From a virus, in the UHGV virus genome UHGV-0136196: a DNA stretch of 10,610 nucleotides. One strand, given 5' to 3'. Under the pieces are notes generated by a model that worked only from the letters and a program-made list of their open reading frames with translations, had not been told where the DNA came from and did not search any database. This document shows, one piece after another, positions 6,658 to 10,610 of this stretch. The translations under genes and the position numbers were made by a program. How positions within the stretch are numbered: the stretch's first letter is position 1; the number at the start of each line of letters is the position of its first letter.

Positions 6658-7017
6658 ATGGATTATTCACAGTTAAGTGATTTTGAAATTAACGTGGCGG
6701 TATTCGAAGCCATTCATAACGGATCACCGGATTACAAAGAAGGTGAGAATGGCGATATGGTGTTTGTCTCATTTGAGGGAGACATTGTAAACGGAGACGC
6801 AGTTGAAGTAGAAGTTGAGCGCGGATCATTCAACCCATGCGTAAACCCAGCAGACGCATGGCCGATTATTGAAAAATACAGGATTAGCATTATCAATCTC
6901 GATGAAGACGAGTGGGGTGCACGCGGTGTGGCCTACTGTAAATCTAAGCGAGCTATACATGAAAATCCCCTCCGCGCCGCTATGATTGTCTTTCTCATGA
7001 TGCAGAGAATCCAATAA
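6658..7017 (+). CDS. Hypothetical nin-region protein (119 aa; possibly NinX-like)
   Basis: ORF track frame 6616..7017. The preferred start is the ATG at 6658, with a GAGG RBS 8 nt upstream. Alternatives are the ATG at 6652 and the GTG at 6616, which lies inside ninD. The stop overlaps the ninF start. The sequence is acidic; the family assignment is uncertain. Confidence 0.55.
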   Translation: MDYSQLSDFEINVAVFEAIHNGSPDYKEGENGDMVFVSFEGDIVNGDAVEVEVERGSFNPCVNPADAWPIIEKYRISIINLDEDEWGARGVAYCKSKRAIHENPLRAAMIVFLMMQRIQ

Positions 7018-7193
7018 TGCTTAGCCCATCCCAATCCCTTCAATACCAGAAAGAAAGCGTCGAGCGGGCTTTAACGTGCGCTAACTGCGGTCAGAAGCTG
7101 CATGTGCTGGAAGTTCATGTATGTGAAGCGTGCTGCGCAGAACTGATGAGCGATCCGAATAGCTCAATGTACGAGGAAGAAGACGATGGCTAA
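7017..7193 (+). CDS. ninF: NinF
   Basis: 58 aa ([58 protein letters not shown]), matching lambda NinF as I recall it, with Cys-rich motifs. The start overlaps the upstream stop (TAATG). Confidence 0.7.
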   Translation: MLSPSQSLQYQKESVERALTCANCGQKLHVLEVHVCEACCAELMSDPNSSMYEEEDDG

Positions 7194-7791
7194 ACCAGCG
7201 CGAAGGAAATGCAAAATATGCAAGGAATGGTTTCACCCGGCATTCTCAAATCAGTGGTGGTGCTGCCCGGAACACGGAACTCAGTTAGCACTCAAACTAC
7301 AAAGTAAACAGCGAAAAAAAGCGGAAAAAGCAGCAGAGAAGAAACGACGACGAGAGGAGCAGAAACAGAAAGATAAACTGAAGATTCGAAAACTCGCCTT
7401 AAAGCCCCGCAGTTACTGGATTAAACAAGCCCAACAAGCCGTAAACGCCTTCATCAGAGAAAGAGACCGCGACTTACCATGTATCTCGTGCGGAACGCTC
7501 ACGTCTGCTCAGTGGGATGCCGGACATTACCGGACAACTGCTGCGGCACCTCAACTCCGATTTGATGAACGCAATATTCACAAGCAATGCGTGGTGTGCA
7601 ACCAGCACAAAAGCGGAAATCTCGTTCCGTATCGCGTCGAACTGATTAATCGCATTGGGCAGGAAGCAGTAGACGAAATCGAATCAAACCATAACCGCCA
7701 TCGCTGGACTGTCGAAGAGTGCAAGGCGATCAAGGCAGAGTACCAACAGAAACTCAAAGACCTGCGAAATAGCAGAAGTGAGGCCGCATGA
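7186..7791 (+). CDS. ninG: NinG (Rap-like recombination-associated structure-specific endonuclease)
   Basis: 201 aa with Cys clusters ([18 protein letters not shown]; CISCG; [11 protein letters not shown]) and a lysine-rich coiled segment. Close to lambda NinG as I recall it. Overlaps ninF by 8 nt. Confidence 0.85.
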   Translation: MAKPARRKCKICKEWFHPAFSNQWWCCPEHGTQLALKLQSKQRKKAEKAAEKKRRREEQKQKDKLKIRKLALKPRSYWIKQAQQAVNAFIRERDRDLPCISCGTLTSAQWDAGHYRTTAAAPQLRFDERNIHKQCVVCNQHKSGNLVPYRVELINRIGQEAVDEIESNHNRHRWTVEECKAIKAEYQQKLKDLRNSRSEAA

Positions 7792-7994
7792 CGTTCTCAG
7801 TAAAAACCATTCCAGACATGCTCGTTGAAGCATACGGAAACCAGACAGAAGTAGCACGCAGACTGAAATGTAGTCGCGGTACGGTCAGAAAATACGTTGA
7901 TGATAAAGACGGGAAAATGCACGCCATCGTCAACGACGTTCTCATGGTTCATCGCGGATGGAGTGAAAGAGATGCGCTATTACGAAAAAATTGA
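7788..7994 (+). CDS. ninH: NinH
   Basis: 68 aa ([39 protein letters not shown]...) with an HTH-like segment, matching lambda NinH as I recall it. The start overlaps the ninG stop (ATGA). Confidence 0.8.
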   Translation: MTFSVKTIPDMLVEAYGNQTEVARRLKCSRGTVRKYVDDKDGKMHAIVNDVLMVHRGWSERDALLRKN

Positions 7995-8643
7995 TGGCAG
8001 CAAATACCGAAATATTTGGGTAGTTGGCGATCTGCACGGATGCTACACGAACCTGATGAAAAAACTGGAGACGATAGGATTCGACACCAAAAAAGACCTG
8101 CTTATCTCGGTTGGCGATTTGGTCGATCGCGGTACAGAGAACGTCGAATGCCTGGAATTAATCACATTCCCCTGGTTCAGAGCTGTACGTGGAAACCATG
8201 AGCAAATGATGATTGATGGCTTATCAGAGCGCGGAAACGTCAATCACTGGCTGCTTAATGGCGGTGGCTGGTTCTTTAATCTCGATTACGACAAAGAAAT
8301 TCTGGCCAAAGCTCTTGCCCATAAAGCAGATGAACTTCCGTTAATCATCGAACTGGTGAGTAAAGATAAAAAATATGTCATCTGCCACGCCGATTATCCT
8401 TGTGACGAATACGAGTTTGGAAAGCCAGTTGATCATCAGCAGGTAATCTGGAACCGCGAACGAATCAGCAACTCACAAGACGGGATCGTGAAAGAAATTA
8501 AAGGCGCTGACACGTTCATCTTTGGTCATTCGCCAGCAGTGAAACCGCTCAAATTTGCCAACCAGATGTATATCGATACCGGCGCAGTGTTCTGCGGAAA
8601 TCTCACATTGATTCAGGTACAGGGAGAAGGCGCGTGGGCATAA
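7972..8643 (+). CDS. ninI: Ser/Thr protein phosphatase (lambda PPase, NinI)
   Basis: Metallophosphatase motifs are present (GDLHG, GDLVDRG, GNHE). The N-terminus [23 protein letters not shown] matches the lambda phosphatase start as I recall it. The ORF track begins upstream at 7897, but that start overlaps ninH and lacks an RBS; the ATG at 7972 has an AAAGAG RBS. Confidence 0.88.
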   Translation: MRYYEKIDGSKYRNIWVVGDLHGCYTNLMKKLETIGFDTKKDLLISVGDLVDRGTENVECLELITFPWFRAVRGNHEQMMIDGLSERGNVNHWLLNGGGWFFNLDYDKEILAKALAHKADELPLIIELVSKDKKYVICHADYPCDEYEFGKPVDHQQVIWNRERISNSQDGIVKEIKGADTFIFGHSPAVKPLKFANQMYIDTGAVFCGNLTLIQVQGEGAWA

Positions 8644-9152
8644 GAGAACTAAACCTCACCAAAGAACAGCATGAGTGGCTGAATGGCTGGCTTGAACTGT
8701 GGGGCGCATGGGTTTATTCAGGTCGTCTGGAAAAGCGCATGAGCAGCGTAATAGCGAAGTTCATGGAGAGCGTAGAGCCGGGAAGAGTTATGACAAGGCC
8801 AATGTGCAATGATGATGATGGAATGTTGATTTCTCAGGTCGTTGATTCCGTCATGTACATTGACAAGAAAGCCTTTGGCATCCTCCTCAGCTACTACGCT
8901 CATGGTTCATCTAAGCGAGCAATTGCATCCTACTATCACGCGACTGCAAAGCCACGCAAGATGTGTGGACGTGGTGGCGAGGGATGGAGAAAACCTTCAC
9001 TGGCAACCTGTAGAAACGAAATTGACGACATCCTGAAAGCGTCATTATTTGTTTTATACCAGCCAATGCAAAATGCTTTCAAAATGCGTAAACGTGTTGA
9101 GAAAGTTAAGCATGTTGCTGTTAAAAACCTTGACATGCAATTATCCATTTAG
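8634..9152 (+). CDS. Late-gene antiterminator Q-like protein (not the lambda Q sequence; resembles the QuuD / phage 21-82 type)
   Basis: 172 aa. GTG start with a GGGAGAAGG RBS. It lies between the phosphatase gene and the PR'-like promoter, exactly where Q sits in lambdoid phages. The N-terminal LELWGAW and PMCNDDDGM motifs are reminiscent of QuuD-type Q proteins. No similarity to lambda Q as I recall it. Confidence 0.6.
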   Translation: MGIRELNLTKEQHEWLNGWLELWGAWVYSGRLEKRMSSVIAKFMESVEPGRVMTRPMCNDDDGMLISQVVDSVMYIDKKAFGILLSYYAHGSSKRAIASYYHATAKPRKMCGRGGEGWRKPSLATCRNEIDDILKASLFVLYQPMQNAFKMRKRVEKVKHVAVKNLDMQLSI

Positions 9153-9159
9153 CCATAAT
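9130..9159 (+). promoter_or_regulatory. PR'-like late promoter (-35 TTGACA at 9130..9135, -10 CATAAT at 9154..9159, 18-bp spacer), presumed Q loading region
   Basis: Near-consensus sigma70 hexamers overlapping the 3' end of the Q-like gene, followed about 20 to 50 nt later by an intrinsic terminator. This is the canonical PR'/qut/tR' arrangement. Confidence 0.6.
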
Positions 9160-9170
9160 TAGAAGGTAAG

Positions 9171-9213
9171 CTGCCGTTAGTGACTCTTAAGTTGCAACGG
9201 TGGCTTTTTTGTT
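9171..9213 (+). terminator. tR'-like intrinsic terminator downstream of PR'
   Basis: Stem CTGCCGTT (9171..9178) pairing with AACGGTGG (9196..9203, including G-U pairs), followed by CTTTTTTGTTT. The downstream sequence GCACAACAGGTAAGAGCATTGA matches what follows tR' in lambda as I recall it. Confidence 0.55.
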
Positions 9214-9748
9214 TGCACAACAGGTAAGAGCATTGAACCCGCAGACCTCGCGGAATTGGTGAAAGGTGCCGCGCAGTACTCTTATCGTTGTGGTGAATAC
9301 GCAGGCTGATGCGTTAATCAGGTGAACGAGACACCCGCCGGTCCGTGATATGGCACACCGTGCCGGTCATATCTGCCGCGGTTAGGTTTACGAGGATTTC
9401 GTAAAGCTGGTCTAGGGTGAAGCCGTGAAAGCGGAGGAAGTAAAACGAGGCGTCGGTACACGCCTATCGTCATTAAGTCGGAGTTCAGCACCGACCGCCA
9501 CAACCCAACCTGAGCCGTAGCCACTGGCTATCCTGAATTCATCAGTGATAGTTATGCTGCGGCTTTCTACACATGACCTTCGTGAAAGTGGGTGGCAGGA
9601 GGTTGCGCTAACAACCTCATGCCGTTTTGCCCGTGCATATCGGTCACGAACAAATCTGATTACTAAACACAGTAGCCTGGATTTGTTCTATCAGTAATCG
9701 ACCTTATTCCTAATTAAATAGAGCAAATCCCCTTATTGGGGGTAAGAC

Positions 9749-10072
9749 ATGAAGATGCCAGAAAAACATGACCTGTTAGCCGCCATTCTCGCGGCAAAGG
9801 AACAAGGCATCGGGGCAATCCTTGCGTTTGCAATGGCGTACCTTCGCGGCAGATATAATGGCGGTGCGTTTACAAAAACAGTAATCGACGCAACGATGTG
9901 CGCCATTATCGCCTGGTTCATTCGTGACCTTCTCGACTTCGCCGGACTAAGTAGCAATCTCGCTTATATAACGAGCGTGTTCATCGGCTACATCGGTACT
10001 GACTCGATTGGTTCGCTTATCAAACGCTTCGCTGCTAAAAAAGCCGGAGTAGAAGATGGTGGAAATCAATAA
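9749..10072 (+). CDS. S: Holin S (class I holin; dual-start S107 antiholin / S105 holin)
   Basis: The 107-aa translation is essentially lambda S ([62 protein letters not shown]...), with the Met1-Lys2-Met3 dual-start motif. The upstream leader TAAATAGAGCAAATCCCCTTATTGGGGGTAAGACATG matches the lambda sdi region. Confidence 0.97.
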   Translation: MKMPEKHDLLAAILAAKEQGIGAILAFAMAYLRGRYNGGAFTKTVIDATMCAIIAWFIRDLLDFAGLSSNLAYITSVFIGYIGTDSIGSLIKRFAAKKAGVEDGGNQ

Positions 10073-10532
10073 TCAACGTAAGGCGTTCCTCGATATGCTG
10101 GCGTGGTCAGAGGGAACTGATAACGGACGGCAGAAAACCAGAAATCATGGTTATGACGTCATTGTAGGCGGAGAGCTATTCACTGATTACTCAGATCACC
10201 CTCGCAAACTTGTCACGCTAAACCCCAAACTCAAATCAACAGCTGCAGGCCGTTACCAGCTTCTTTCCCGTTGGTGGGATGCCTATCGTAAGCAGCTTGG
10301 CCTGAAAGACTTCTCTCCGAAAAGCCAGGACGCTGTGGCACTGCAACAGATTAAAGAGCGTGGCGCTTTACCGATGATTGATCGCGGTGATATCCGTCAG
10401 GCTATCGACCGTTGCAGCAATATCTGGGCTTCACTTCCGGGGGCTGGTTATGGTCAGTTCGAGCATAAGGCTGACAGCCTGATTGCAAAATTCAAAGAAG
10501 CAGGCGGAACGGTCAGAGAGATTGAGGTATGA
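10056..10532 (+). CDS. R: Endolysin R (lytic transglycosylase)
   Basis: The 158-aa translation ([39 protein letters not shown]...) is essentially lambda R. The start overlaps the S 3' end, as in lambda. Confidence 0.96.
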   Translation: MVEINNQRKAFLDMLAWSEGTDNGRQKTRNHGYDVIVGGELFTDYSDHPRKLVTLNPKLKSTAAGRYQLLSRWWDAYRKQLGLKDFSPKSQDAVALQQIKERGALPMIDRGDIRQAIDRCSNIWASLPGAGYGQFEHKADSLIAKFKEAGGTVREIEV

Positions 10533-10610
10533 GCAGAGTCACCGCGATTATCTCCGCTCTGGTTATCTGCATCATCGTCTGCCTGTCATGGGCTGTTAAT
10601 CATTACCGTG
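10529..10610 (+). CDS. Rz: Rz spanin (inner-membrane subunit), N-terminal fragment; gene continues beyond the window end
   Basis: The ATG at 10529 overlaps the R stop (ATGA). The translation [27 protein letters not shown] matches the lambda Rz N-terminal transmembrane region. Confidence 0.85.
   Translation, partial: MSRVTAIISALVICIIVCLSWAVNHYR

Noticed and set aside
7897-7971. Upstream extension of the phosphatase ORF to 7897
   Set aside because: It would overlap ninH by about 100 nt in another frame. The ATG at 7972 has an RBS and gives the canonical MRYYEKIDG phosphatase N-terminus.
8016-9148. Alternate-frame or antisense ORFs inside the phosphatase and Q genes (8016..8201, 8043..8243, 8718..8903, 8842..9036, 8936..9148)
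   Set aside because: All are embedded in better-supported genes that have recognisable motifs and RBSs. No independent support.
9160-9748. Possible tRNA genes or a toxin (stx-like) locus between Q and the lysis genes, as in some lambdoid phages
   Set aside because: No cloverleaf-compatible sequence (no GTTCGA-type T-arm, no CCA-ended acceptor stems) was seen by eye, and there is no ORF of 60 aa or more on the plus strand. The region is a non-coding leader. A tRNAscan run would confirm this.
9318-9957. Minus-strand ORFs 9318..9524 (68 aa) and 9733..9957 (74 aa)
   Set aside because: The first lies in the non-coding late leader, with Pro/Arg-rich low-complexity translation and no RBS. The second is antisense to the S holin gene. 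Both are likely spurious.

Overview
This window is the early-right to lysis region of a lambdoid (lambda-like) temperate phage or prophage, read left to right in the lambda map orientation. It carries a lambda-type immunity region (cI on the minus strand, the OR1-OR3 operators with PRM/PR, and cro), then nutR, a cII homolog, a non-lambda replication module (a helix-turn-helix initiator with an iteron array inside its own gene, plus a fused primase-helicase), an AT-rich HNH endonuclease gene ending at a tR2-like terminator, three small ORFs of unknown function, a nin recombination/phosphatase block (ninB, ninD, ninF, ninG, ninH, ninI), a non-lambda-type Q antiterminator, PR'/tR', and a lambda-type lysis cassette (S, R, start of Rz). 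All comparisons to lambda are from memory of the protein and site sequences, not from a database search. The architecture is mosaic: segments that match lambda closely alternate with segments that do not, and the most likely places for accessory or novel functions are (i) the truncated gene in the rex position downstream of cI, (ii) the AT-rich HNH island in the ren position, and (iii) the three-ORF cassette (two predicted small membrane proteins flanking an acidic soluble protein) between the tR2-like terminator and ninB. No rRNA, tRNA, CRISPR array or transposase was found.
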